Assembly (NCBI GenBank): GCA_964627795.1
Contig: CAZVLF010000003.1
Location: 77,547 to 141,546 of the forward strand
Reading direction: 5' to 3'
DNA: 64,000 nucleotides
From: an uncultured Rickettsiales bacterium
GTDB lineage: Bacteria > Pseudomonadota > Alphaproteobacteria > Rickettsiales > CANDYO01
Each line of letters opens with the position of its first letter. The first letter of the stretch is position 1. The notes beneath the pieces are model-generated. The model saw only the letters and a list, made by a program, of their open reading frames with translations. It had not been told where the DNA came from and did no database searches. The translations under genes and the position numbers were made by a program. Of this stretch, positions 31,177 to 40,042 are shown piece by piece.

Positions 31177-32373
31177 ATGACCAAGGATTCGCAACAAGGT
31201 AAACAAAGCCAAGGAAGAACATGGGAAGAATGGGCAAGAGAAGGGCTTCCTGAGTATATAGCTGAACGTTTTGGGATCGATGAAATTGATACAAAGGCTT
31301 TTGCTACTAACTTAGTTAATGAAGGAAGCGAGATTGTTGCATCCTTTTTTAAACAAAGTGAAACAACAAGAAAAAAGCCAGCTGAGCAAAGCGAAATAGA
31401 TTTAAAATATGAAGAGATTTACGAATATAATGGAGAGGAGTTTAAATCTTCAGATAAGCCTTATAAAGAAAAATCTTCTAAGACTCAAAGTCTTGAAAAT
31501 AAAGAAAACTTTAAACTAAAGAAAGATTTTTTAACTAAGACTAAGGATTTGATTGATGAAAACGACCGAGAATATAAATATGGTGATATTTATAAATCCC
31601 AAGAAGATATTCAAGTTTTAGAAAATCCTTTAAGTATTAAAAGTGATAAGGAATTTTTAAAATTAGATAAAGAAAGGCAAACTGTTGTAATAGAAAAAAC
31701 CTTAGAAAATCCAGATCAAGGGAAAAAACTAATTAATCATATTATGAAGGATGAAGAATTAGTTAAAAGGCTATTGGGTGACCTATTAAAGGCTCATGAA
31801 GCAAGAATGCCTCTTATGATTGAAGATGCCCCAGCAAGAATACCTCAAACTGTAAAATTAGGCAAAGTTCCTCAATCAATTGAGTTAGAAGGTAGAGAAG
31901 ATCTTAAATCAAGAAAAATGCCTTTAATGATAAAAAATGAGCCTGAGAATAAAGAGCAAGTAGCTGTTTCTGCTGGAACTAAAGGTAAAAAAGAGCTTAA
32001 TATTGATACAGCTCTTTTAGAAACTGCAGGTGAGCGAAGAATTTCTCCTACTTCTGTTGCTCAGTCTTTTTCTCGCCCTGAAACTCCAGTAAATAATGTT
32101 AAACATGAGGTTCAGGAGGCAACTCAAAATGTTAGTGTTAAAGATAGGACGAAAGCATTTCAAGGAAATGGCGGAGTCAATCCAAAAGCAACAGTACAAA
32201 CAACTGAAGGAAAAAGGTTTGGGGTTAGAGGACCTGTTCCTGCACGACCACAAGGCAGAGGATTAACTAATGAAGAGCAACAAATGATTAGTGAAAATGT
32301 TGATACTATAAAACCTGGTAGCGTAGCTAGTTTAAGAGGTAAATTTGATAGAAAAGGGCAAGGAAGACAGTAA
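31177..32373 (+). CDS. Lys/Glu-rich low-complexity protein with YEEIYEYNGEEF and GDIYKSQED motifs and a duplicated MPLMI element
   Basis: 398 aa with an AAGGAG RBS, 16 nt after the previous stop. The C-terminal ~90 aa are richer in Gly/Arg/Pro and basic. Confidence 0.6.
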   Translation: MTKDSQQGKQSQGRTWEEWAREGLPEYIAERFGIDEIDTKAFATNLVNEGSEIVASFFKQSETTRKKPAEQSEIDLKYEEIYEYNGEEFKSSDKPYKEKSSKTQSLENKENFKLKKDFLTKTKDLIDENDREYKYGDIYKSQEDIQVLENPLSIKSDKEFLKLDKERQTVVIEKTLENPDQGKKLINHIMKDEELVKRLLGDLLKAHEARMPLMIEDAPARIPQTVKLGKVPQSIELEGREDLKSRKMPLMIKNEPENKEQVAVSAGTKGKKELNIDTALLETAGERRISPTSVAQSFSRPETPVNNVKHEVQEATQNVSVKDRTKAFQGNGGVNPKATVQTTEGKRFGVRGPVPARPQGRGLTNEEQQMISENVDTIKPGSVASLRGKFDRKGQGRQ

Positions 32374-32387
32374 TCTAATAATAACTT

Positions 32388-32552
32388 TCTAAAGCCAAAT
32401 CTGTTAATATATGTTCCTGGATCCTTAGGTGAATGACCAAGTTTTATATGCTGTGTTAGACTCTTCATCCTTGGTCTAGCCGAAAGAATCTAGTATAAAT
32501 CTCTAATTCTAAAGCTGTTGATATATTCCTGAATCCTTAGCAGGATGAACAT
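32388..32552. repeat. Two copies of a ~45-bp imperfect direct repeat (TTCTAAAGC..TGTTRATATAT.TTCCTGRATCCTTAG..GRATGAMC) about 118 bp apart
   Basis: Aligned by eye at roughly 32388-32440 and 32506-32552, about 85% identical. They sit in the intergenic region between 31177-32373 and the BT1 transporter. Confidence 0.5.
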
Positions 32553-32663
32553 ATTATTTTAAAGCTCTATAAGAGCTAAATGCTTTAAAATAATATTTCT
32601 AATTTGCATATTAATTTAAAAGATATATTGTTTTTTATAACAATAAATAAAAAACAAATATTA

Positions 32664-34157
32664 ATGTTAAAAAATAAAATAAAGAAAATTTTTTATAATT
32701 TACAATCTTATATAAAACCTAAATATCTTCCCTTATTGTCAGTATATTTTGCTTTCAATTTTTCTAATTTCTATAAAATTGCAGAAAAATTTTGGATTAA
32801 AGAGAGCTTAAGCCTTTCTGCTTCCCAAATTATCTCAATCACCATATTAGGTAGTTTACCATGGACCTTAAAAATATTTTTTGGCCAATTAATAGATGGG
32901 GTGAAAATATTTGGAAGCAATAGAAGAAGTTATATATTTATTGGTGCTATATTATTGCTAGTAAATAACTTTCTTACTTTGCTGGTGGTAAAAGAATTTA
33001 TTGCTGATGAATATATTTATATTATGCTTGTAATAGCTGATTTTATTGCAAATTCTGGTTTTGTGTTACAGGACTTAGTTGCAGACACTATGTGCTATGA
33101 GGTAGTTGATAGAAAAAATAAAGATGGAAGTAAAAGGGTTGAGGAAGAAATTAAAGAAGAGGTGGCAAATGTTCAGGTATTAATAAGGATTATATGCATT
33201 CCTCTTGCGTCATTATGTTCAGTTTATTTAAGTAGTGTTATTGCTAAAAAATATGATTTTGTGGCTGTTTGCTATATGCTTCCTTCGATTGCTTTTATTA
33301 GCATTATTGGAGCTTTTTTTTGTAAAAAAGAGCCTAAAATTAAGCTTGAGCCTTTAAATTATAATCTGCTTAAGCTTGGATCATTATATCTTTTATTCAT
33401 TCTCCTTTCAGTTATAATGGATATAAAATATTCCCAAGAAATATTATTTTTAATCGGAATTATTGTTGTTAGTTTTTCGCTGAAAAAACTATGTCAAGAT
33501 TTTACTCCTGCCAAAAGAAAAAAAATTTTAGCTATTTTAGTAGTGATTTTTGCTTGTAGAGTGGCGCCTGAGCATGGGCCAGTAGTGGAATGGTGGCAAA
33601 TTGATGTGCTTGGGTTTACCCAAGAGTTTTTCGTTCGCCTAAGGCAGGTTGGTTTAGTTTTAGGGTTTTTAGGATTATGGTTTTTCGGTAAAAGATTAAT
33701 TAAGTTTAATATGGGTTTAGCATTACTGGGTATTAATACTTTACATGTTATTTTGCAACTTCCTATTATTGGTATGGCATTTGGGCTTCATGAATGGACT
33801 ATACAAAATTTTAATTTTGGGGCTAAAGAAATAGCTATGATTGATGTGGTTGCCGAATCGCCTTTTGTTCAGCTTAATTTTTTCTTACTTTGCACAGTTA
33901 TTACCTACCACGCGCCAGAGCATAATAGAGGAACTTGGTTTGCTTTGACCATGAGTTTAATGAGTTTGGCTTATGTTTCAGGAGGAAGGATAATAAAAAG
34001 AATAATTAGCGATATTTTTATTGTTGAAAGAGGGATATATGAGAATATTGCTAATCAAATGATTTATACTTGTTTACTTGATTTTTTAATACCAACAATA
34101 GCAATTCTTATCTTCATGAATCCTTTTAAGAAAAAAGCTATTTTACCTCAATGTTAA
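32664..34157 (+). CDS. Folate-biopterin transporter (BT1) family MFS transporter
   Basis: I prefer the ATG at 32664 over the TTG at 32604. The signature is GSLPWTLKIFFGQLIDGVKIFGSNRRSYIFIG, and there are about 12 TM helices. Confidence 0.7.
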   Translation: MLKNKIKKIFYNLQSYIKPKYLPLLSVYFAFNFSNFYKIAEKFWIKESLSLSASQIISITILGSLPWTLKIFFGQLIDGVKIFGSNRRSYIFIGAILLLVNNFLTLLVVKEFIADEYIYIMLVIADFIANSGFVLQDLVADTMCYEVVDRKNKDGSKRVEEEIKEEVANVQVLIRIICIPLASLCSVYLSSVIAKKYDFVAVCYMLPSIAFISIIGAFFCKKEPKIKLEPLNYNLLKLGSLYLLFILLSVIMDIKYSQEILFLIGIIVVSFSLKKLCQDFTPAKRKKILAILVVIFACRVAPEHGPVVEWWQIDVLGFTQEFFVRLRQVGLVLGFLGLWFFGKRLIKFNMGLALLGINTLHVILQLPIIGMAFGLHEWTIQNFNFGAKEIAMIDVVAESPFVQLNFFLLCTVITYHAPEHNRGTWFALTMSLMSLAYVSGGRIIKRIISDIFIVERGIYENIANQMIYTCLLDFLIPTIAILIFMNPFKKKAILPQC

Positions 34158-34163
34158 AAAAAA

Positions 34164-34189
34164 GCTCCTGCAAATAAAGTGACAGGAGC
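34164..34189. terminator. Bidirectional hairpin GCTCCTG n12 CAGGAGC flanked by A- and T-runs
   Basis: It lies between the convergent stops at 34157 (+) and 34235 (-): AAAAAAAAGCTCCTG...CAGGAGCAAAATTT. Confidence 0.5.
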
Positions 34190-34234
34190 AAAATTTGTAG
34201 TTAATTATAAAAATTATTAGATAACTTCTTCAAC

Positions 34235-35131
34235 TTAAGAGCTCATTTCCTCATCGAATATATTAAACGCACCAATATACGATGATGAAAAATAACCACC
34301 TTCTTCAACCGACATAGTGGTATTAGGAATTATTCCACTGGTAGGTTGATTAGGAGTAACTAACATTGAAGAATTAGCTGGTGATGTATAATAGATAGTT
34401 GAGGCACTATTATTAGCGCTGCTTTCTATTGACATAGCACCTTCACTTAAAGGCGTTTGATATCTAATAAGGCTAGGAAAAATTCTAGATGATGGAGTGC
34501 TTAATATCATATCATCATCTTCATTATTTAAAGAAGATGAAAAGAAAAAATTCCTTGGGCCTAATGCTGAATTTATTGAAATAGATGCAAACATATCATC
34601 TAAATCAATACCAACATTATCATCTTGCTGTTCATATGATTGAACGCTATCAGGAGAAAATTCAAGACTACCTGATGTTGATTGATCTTCTTCTATTATG
34701 CAAGCAGGGGTTCTAAGCATATAGAAGGGGTCATTATTTTCTTCTAAGCTGGCTTCTGTGCTTTCTTCTAAGCTGGTTTCTGTGCTTCCTCCTAAGCTGG
34801 TTTCTGTGCTTTCTCCATCTGAGTCTAAAATAGAGTTTAAATTAAAATCTTCTTCAAAAGATTGAGAACTTAAAGTGCTCGTTTTTATAGGAGATTGAGA
34901 GCTTAAAGTGTTAGTTTCTTCAGAAGTTGTAGCTTCATCAAAGAAATCATCTCTTTTAATATTTATTCTTTTATTTATAGGTCCATTTTCTTTGTCTTCA
35001 ATTTCTTCAAAAGAAATAACTTTTTTTCTTTTTTTGCCGCTTAATTTTTGGTCAGGTATAGGTTTGATACCCCTTCCAATTAATTCTTGAGGAAATTCCT
35101 CATTAAATTTTCTTTTCATAATTTTTTCCAA
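34235..35131 (-). CDS. Acidic Ser/Thr/Glu-rich repeat protein with basic KKRKK cluster (nucleomodulin-like candidate)
   Basis: 298 aa. The N-terminus carries SGKKRKKVISFEEIEDKENGPINKRINIKR. The remainder is acidic, with STETSL(G/E)(G/E) repeats and duplicated TLSSQS. Confidence 0.6.
   Translation of the reverse strand: MEKIMKRKFNEEFPQELIGRGIKPIPDQKLSGKKRKKVISFEEIEDKENGPINKRINIKRDDFFDEATTSEETNTLSSQSPIKTSTLSSQSFEEDFNLNSILDSDGESTETSLGGSTETSLEESTEASLEENNDPFYMLRTPACIIEEDQSTSGSLEFSPDSVQSYEQQDDNVGIDLDDMFASISINSALGPRNFFFSSSLNNEDDDMILSTPSSRIFPSLIRYQTPLSEGAMSIESSANNSASTIYYTSPANSSMLVTPNQPTSGIIPNTTMSVEEGGYFSSSYIGAFNIFDEEMSS
34739..34810. repeat. 3 x 24-bp in-frame tandem repeat (TTCTTCTAAGCTGGYTTCTGTGCT)
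   Basis: Read directly. The units are 34739-34762, 34763-34786 and 34787-34810. They encode STE(T/A)SL(G/E)(G/E) on the minus strand. Confidence 0.9.
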
Positions 35132-35343
35132 ATAATACCAAGGTTAATAAAAATTAACTACTAAACAAGATATAATCAACTTTTTTAAATAATCAAGAAC
35201 AAAATTATAAAAAATTAATATTATTTATATATTGCTAGCAAAGAAAATAAAATTTTTTAATTTTGGTGATATGACATTTAATTTTATGTGTGATAAATTA
35301 AAAATATAACCAATAATCAATAAAAATATTTGGCTTACCTCAT

Positions 35344-36528
35344 ATGAAAAAAAACTTTATCTCTAATTTATTTAAAAAAAATAGCTTAAGTTTTAGCTTC
35401 TCAGATCAGGCTTTTTTCTTTAATGACAAAAGGCCAAATTGGAGCTTAAGAGGATATGAGCAATTTGCAGATCAGGCTTATGTAAAAAACGTTATTGCTC
35501 ATAGAGCAATAAATATTGTTGCTCAAGCTGCTGCAAGTGTGCCTTGGTCTTTATTTAAGCAAAATAAAACTCAAATTATATCTCACCCATTATTAAATTT
35601 ATTAAAAAGACCAAATCCATATATAGCTGGTGCTGAGTTTTTTGAAAATATTTATGCCTATAAATTAATTAGTGGAAATTCTTTTATTCTTTCGATCACT
35701 AAAGAAAATAGGGCACCGCATGAATTATTTATCTTAAGGCCTGATAGAGTGAGTGTGATTCCTGATGAGTCTGGTAAAGTTATTGGTTATATCTATAAAG
35801 TTGGAGAATATGAAAAATTTTACCCTTATAAGAATGGTAAATCGCATATTCTTCATATTAAAAATTTCCATCCGCTAGATGATTTCCGTGGGCTTTCTTC
35901 AGTTGAAGCTGCTGCATTTAGCATTGATCAGCATAATCAAGCATCGGCTTGGAATAAGTCTTTGCTTGAAAATGCTGCTCGTCCAAGTGGTGCGTTAATT
36001 GTTAAAAATAATGGGCCATTTGAAGGAAATTTAACTAATGATCAATATGAAAGATTAAAAGAACAAATGGAAGATGTTTTTAGTGGAAGTAAAAATTCAG
36101 GAAGACCGATGTTAATTGAAGGTGGGCTTGAATGGAAGGAAATGAGCCTTTCTCCTAAAGATATGGATTTTATTGAATCTAAAAATAGTTCAGCTCGGGA
36201 TATTGCTCTTGCTCTTGGGGTTCCACCACAGTTGCTTGGTATACCTGGAGATAATACTTATAGTAATATGCAAGAAGCAAGATTAGCTTTATGGGAAGAA
36301 ACGGTTATACCATTGCTTGATCATTTAACTGATAGTTTAAATAACTGGTTGGTTACGATGTTTGGTGAAGATTTGAATTTAAAATATGATATCAACGATA
36401 TAAGCGGATTATCAACCAGACGAGAAAAAATATGGTCAAGAATTGAAAATGCCTCTTTTCTTACTATTAATGAAAAGAGGCAAATGGTGGGGCTTTCTCC
36501 TATTAATGGAGGAGATAAATTAAACTAA
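35344..36528 (+). CDS. Phage portal protein, HK97 family (RcGTA g3-like)
   Basis: 394 aa with AYVKNVIAHRAINIVAQAAASVPW...HPLLNLLKRPNP...GNSFIL and SLSPKDMDFIESKN...IALALGVPPQLLG. Confidence 0.9.
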   Translation: MKKNFISNLFKKNSLSFSFSDQAFFFNDKRPNWSLRGYEQFADQAYVKNVIAHRAINIVAQAAASVPWSLFKQNKTQIISHPLLNLLKRPNPYIAGAEFFENIYAYKLISGNSFILSITKENRAPHELFILRPDRVSVIPDESGKVIGYIYKVGEYEKFYPYKNGKSHILHIKNFHPLDDFRGLSSVEAAAFSIDQHNQASAWNKSLLENAARPSGALIVKNNGPFEGNLTNDQYERLKEQMEDVFSGSKNSGRPMLIEGGLEWKEMSLSPKDMDFIESKNSSARDIALALGVPPQLLGIPGDNTYSNMQEARLALWEETVIPLLDHLTDSLNNWLVTMFGEDLNLKYDINDISGLSTRREKIWSRIENASFLTINEKRQMVGLSPINGGDKLN

Positions 36529-36550
36529 AAGGTAGATTGTGATTAGTGTT

Positions 36551-38059
36551 TTAAGCACCTCCTACTACATGATCAAGTTCATACATGCAAAATGTTGCTA
36601 ACGAACCTGCGCTTGCTGGAACTGCAGATGCAATTAGTTCAGGTATAATTAATGATGATGCGATATCAGACGAAGATATATCCGATGGTGCAGCATATAA
36701 AATATCTTGGCATGTATAAGTGTTTGCAGCAGTTATTGAAGAAGAACATGCTAAATTAATTTGCTGTGAAGTGCATACTGAATTTGCACAAGCGAAAGGT
36801 ATTGAAGGAAATACAAAATTAAACATATAAAAAGGATAATTAAATTCATAACTATGGCATGAATGATCTTCACAGAATACAGGTAAATTGTAGTGAAGCA
36901 GTTCGAAATTAGAGTCACCCAAACCTGTAATTCTTGTTTTTGGAACAAAAAAACCGCCGACAGCATCAAAACAAGGACCTTCGGGACTTGTTGATACATA
37001 AACATGAGGTTGAGTTCCATCGATAGCAAGTGAATAATCACCAAAATTCTCAAATTCAGTTAAGAACGCCCAGTTATTGCATTTTTGTCTGGCTAAATCT
37101 CTTCCTTCTAATGTATTAGAGCCTTCAGCAATGAGAGTGATTTCACTTGCAACTGCGCTTGCGCTTGGACAAGAATAAAAAGATCCAAGCGTTCCTAATT
37201 GAGCATTGCCAGAGCTGCTTGAAAGACTTTGTTGGATATTAGTTATTTGATTAGCTAAAAAGTTAATATGATCAACTAAATTAGCATTTGAGTTTCTATA
37301 TATTACTTCATTGGTTAAATCAGGAGTAAAGTTGGTGTCATGGTCATTAAAGACATTAAGTTTTAACTCAAGTTCATCCAATGTAAATGTCTCAGGCAAT
37401 CCATTAAGGTTACTTATGATTGCTAATGCAACTTGTGAAGGTCCTCCTTCAAATGAAAGGATATTATTCCTTAAGTCACTACCATCAATCATATGAGGTG
37501 AGCCTGGAATTGTTATTAAATTTTTAAGTAAATCACTTGTTAGAGCATTGCTACCACTAATATCTGAAGTATATGTAGCTAAATTTTCGTTTAAAGAGTT
37601 TAATAGATTATCTTTGATTAAATTTAATGAGATATAACTTGATATGGTTGGATTTAGATTATAAGTATCACCAATTTGATTGTCATGAATAAATGATTTT
37701 ATATTAAGTAAAAGCTTTTCAACAGCTTCATGAATAGCTTTTTTATCAGTTAATTGGTTTTGGTAGGTATAAGTTGTTTCACGCAAATCAATTAAATCTG
37801 CATATTCAGTATTATCATTAGTTATATATTCTTTTACATCAGCAATAAAGCTTAAGGCTGATTGGCTATCATCTTGATTAAGAATATATAATATGGATTC
37901 AAAAGTATTTTTAATACTATTTTTAATTTGCTCCTTAGTTTGAGGGGTATGCGCATTATATTCACGTAAATCTGGGTCAGCATGCGTGAAAAAGCGGGTT
38001 GAAACTGAAGAAAGTAGTAATGCATTAAGCGCAATAGCGATGTTTATAAATGAAAACAT
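36551..38059 (-). CDS. Secreted hypothetical protein, Cys-rich C-terminal half
   Basis: 502 aa. The Sec-type N-terminus is MFSFINIAIALNALLLSSVSTRFFTHA. The last ~200 aa contain about 14 Cys. It is antisense to, and inserted between, the portal and protease-capsid genes. Confidence 0.6.
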   Translation of the reverse strand: MFSFINIAIALNALLLSSVSTRFFTHADPDLREYNAHTPQTKEQIKNSIKNTFESILYILNQDDSQSALSFIADVKEYITNDNTEYADLIDLRETTYTYQNQLTDKKAIHEAVEKLLLNIKSFIHDNQIGDTYNLNPTISSYISLNLIKDNLLNSLNENLATYTSDISGSNALTSDLLKNLITIPGSPHMIDGSDLRNNILSFEGGPSQVALAIISNLNGLPETFTLDELELKLNVFNDHDTNFTPDLTNEVIYRNSNANLVDHINFLANQITNIQQSLSSSSGNAQLGTLGSFYSCPSASAVASEITLIAEGSNTLEGRDLARQKCNNWAFLTEFENFGDYSLAIDGTQPHVYVSTSPEGPCFDAVGGFFVPKTRITGLGDSNFELLHYNLPVFCEDHSCHSYEFNYPFYMFNFVFPSIPFACANSVCTSQQINLACSSSITAANTYTCQDILYAAPSDISSSDIASSLIIPELIASAVPASAGSLATFCMYELDHVVGGA

Positions 38060-38112
38060 AATTTTTTACTCCTATTTTAATTAAATAAATATAGACCAAA
38101 TAAATTAATAAT

Positions 38113-39756
38113 ATGTTAACAGGGAAGAGGATGGATAAAAAAAGTTACAATTTTGAAATGTTAGAGGATGATAAGGGTTTGGTTAAAGGTTATGCAAGCG
38201 TATTTAATGTTTGTGATAATCATAAAGATATTATTGTTAAAGGAGCATTTAGCAATTTAAATGTCAATCAAGTTAAACTTTTATGGCAACATAACCCGGA
38301 AGAACCAATAGGAGTTATTGAAGATATATATGAGGATGAATATGGGCTATTTTTTCAAGCTAAACTCTTAATCGAAATTCCACAAGCAAAGCAGGCATAT
38401 GAATTAATCAAAGCAAAAGCTATTTCTGGAATTAGCATAGGATTTGTTCCGGTTTCATACCACTACGAAGGTGATTTAAGAATTATTAAAGAGGTTGCTT
38501 TATGGGAAATTAGTTTAGTTACTTTTCCTGCAAATATCCATGCAAATATTTTAGAAGTTAAACAACAATCAATTAGACGAGGCAATATGAAAAATAACAC
38601 AGAACAAACCTGGGAAGAGTTTAAAGCAGTTAATGAGGAAATTTTAAAAGCAAAAGAAAATAAAGGGTTTGCTGATCCACTATTAACTCAGCAATTACAA
38701 AGAATTAATGAACAATTTGATGAATATAAATCAAGAATTGATTCTTTAGAAACGACTATCTCTAGGCCATTTATTGGTAGTTTGAATGCTTCTTCTTCAT
38801 GGATAGAACAAGAACATAAAAATGCTTTTACTAATTATCTTCGCACAGGTGTTGAGCAAGAACTCGTTAACTATGAGAAAAAGTCTCTCTCATCAATTAG
38901 TGAGCAAGATGGAGGTTTTCTTTTAACTAAGCAGACTTCATCACATTTAATTAAGGCTTTAGATGAAATATCACCTTTACGTAAATTAGCTTCTAAAGAG
39001 CAAATTTCTTCTGCCTCGCTAGATGTGATTGAAGATTATGACAATGCTCAAGCTGGTTGGAGTGGAGAAGTAAAGCAGGTTAATGATACTGAAACACCCA
39101 AAATAAATAAACGAAATATTCCTGTGTTTCAGCTTTATGCACAACCAGCGGCAACTCAAAAATTAATAGATGATTCTTCAGTTGATATTGAACAATGGTT
39201 GGCTGAAAAGTTAATCAGTAGTTTTTCTAAACTTGAGTCTCAAGCTTTTATCAATGGAGATGGGGTGACTTGTCCAAGAGGTATGTTAACTTATGCCGAT
39301 GGTAAGGAATGGGGTAAAGTTCAGCAAATAAAAAGCGGAATAGATAGTGGATTTGATGCAGATGCCATTTTCAATTTATATTTCCAGCTAAAATCACATT
39401 ATTGCCAAAACGCAAGCTTTATAATGAATAGATTTACTTTACATGCTATTAGAACTTTAAAAGATAAAAATAGTGGAAGATATTTATGGAGCCCTTCTAT
39501 AAGTGAAAAAAACCCTAATACTTTAATAGGTTTGCCAGTTTATGAAGTTGCTGATATGCCTATTCCAGATAAAAACTCTTTATCAATAGCTTTAGCAGAT
39601 TTTAAAGCAGCTTATAAAATTGTTGATCGTATGGGAGTTAGAATTTTAAGAGACCCATATACATTTAAGCCTTTTGTTAAGTTTTACACTACTAAAAGAG
39701 TTGGTGGTGATGTAACCAACTTTGAAGCAATAAAATTATTAAAGCTTGCGGCTTAG
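38113..39756 (+). CDS. Fused HK97-family prohead protease (g4-like, aa 1-~150) and HK97-family major capsid protein (g5-like, aa ~159-547)
   Basis: One uninterrupted frame. The protease part carries KGYASVFNVCDNHKDIIVKGAF...ISIGF...EISLVTFPAN. The capsid part runs from the in-frame ATG at 38587 (MKNNTEQTWEEFKAVNEE...LESQAFINGDG...IMNRFT...YTTKRVGGDV). Confidence 0.85.
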   Translation: MLTGKRMDKKSYNFEMLEDDKGLVKGYASVFNVCDNHKDIIVKGAFSNLNVNQVKLLWQHNPEEPIGVIEDIYEDEYGLFFQAKLLIEIPQAKQAYELIKAKAISGISIGFVPVSYHYEGDLRIIKEVALWEISLVTFPANIHANILEVKQQSIRRGNMKNNTEQTWEEFKAVNEEILKAKENKGFADPLLTQQLQRINEQFDEYKSRIDSLETTISRPFIGSLNASSSWIEQEHKNAFTNYLRTGVEQELVNYEKKSLSSISEQDGGFLLTKQTSSHLIKALDEISPLRKLASKEQISSASLDVIEDYDNAQAGWSGEVKQVNDTETPKINKRNIPVFQLYAQPAATQKLIDDSSVDIEQWLAEKLISSFSKLESQAFINGDGVTCPRGMLTYADGKEWGKVQQIKSGIDSGFDADAIFNLYFQLKSHYCQNASFIMNRFTLHAIRTLKDKNSGRYLWSPSISEKNPNTLIGLPVYEVADMPIPDKNSLSIALADFKAAYKIVDRMGVRILRDPYTFKPFVKFYTTKRVGGDVTNFEAIKLLKLAA

Positions 39757-39776
39757 ATATTTAGGGTTTTAAAGGC

Positions 39777-39802
39777 TTCTTGAAAAAAATATTTATCAAG
39801 AA
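39777..39802 (+). terminator. AT-rich hairpin TTCTTGA n12 TCAAGAA after the capsid gene
   Basis: Read directly, 21 nt after the stop at 39756. The stem is weak and AT-rich. Confidence 0.3.
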
Positions 39803-39817
39803 ACCAAAAGTGAGGTT

Positions 39818-40030
39818 ATGATGAATTACGATTCTGAGATTGAAAAAATAAACTTAGAAATCAGGTTGTTAAAGGAAGAAATTAATTTAATTAAAAAGGA
39901 AAAAGGAAATAACAAATCTTATTCATATGAGAAAAATTATCCTACTTTATCTGATATGAAAACTTTAAATAAGATTTACAAAATGTTTCATAATTCTTTG
40001 CCTAATGTGATGAATGATTTTGATTGGTAG
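39818..40030 (+). CDS. Small coiled-coil hypothetical protein in the head module
   Basis: A 70-aa ORF with a GTGAGG RBS, positioned between the capsid and connector genes. No motif was recognised. Confidence 0.4.
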   Translation: MMNYDSEIEKINLEIRLLKEEINLIKKEKGNNKSYSYEKNYPTLSDMKTLNKIYKMFHNSLPNVMNDFDW

Positions 40031-40042
40031 GCATGATTTAGC

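Noticed and set aside
32160-32468. 102-aa minus-strand ORF spanning the 3' end of 31177-32373 and the repeat-containing spacer
   Set aside because: It overlaps the better-supported + strand gene and has Cys/Pro/Leu-rich odd composition. Its start lies inside the intergenic repeat. It is likely spurious.
32388-32663. Tandem riboswitch (e.g. folate/SAM class) in the leader of the BT1 transporter
   Set aside because: The two repeat copies do not share a compensatory secondary structure. I cannot match them to any riboswitch consensus I know. The feature is kept only as a low-interest repeat observation.
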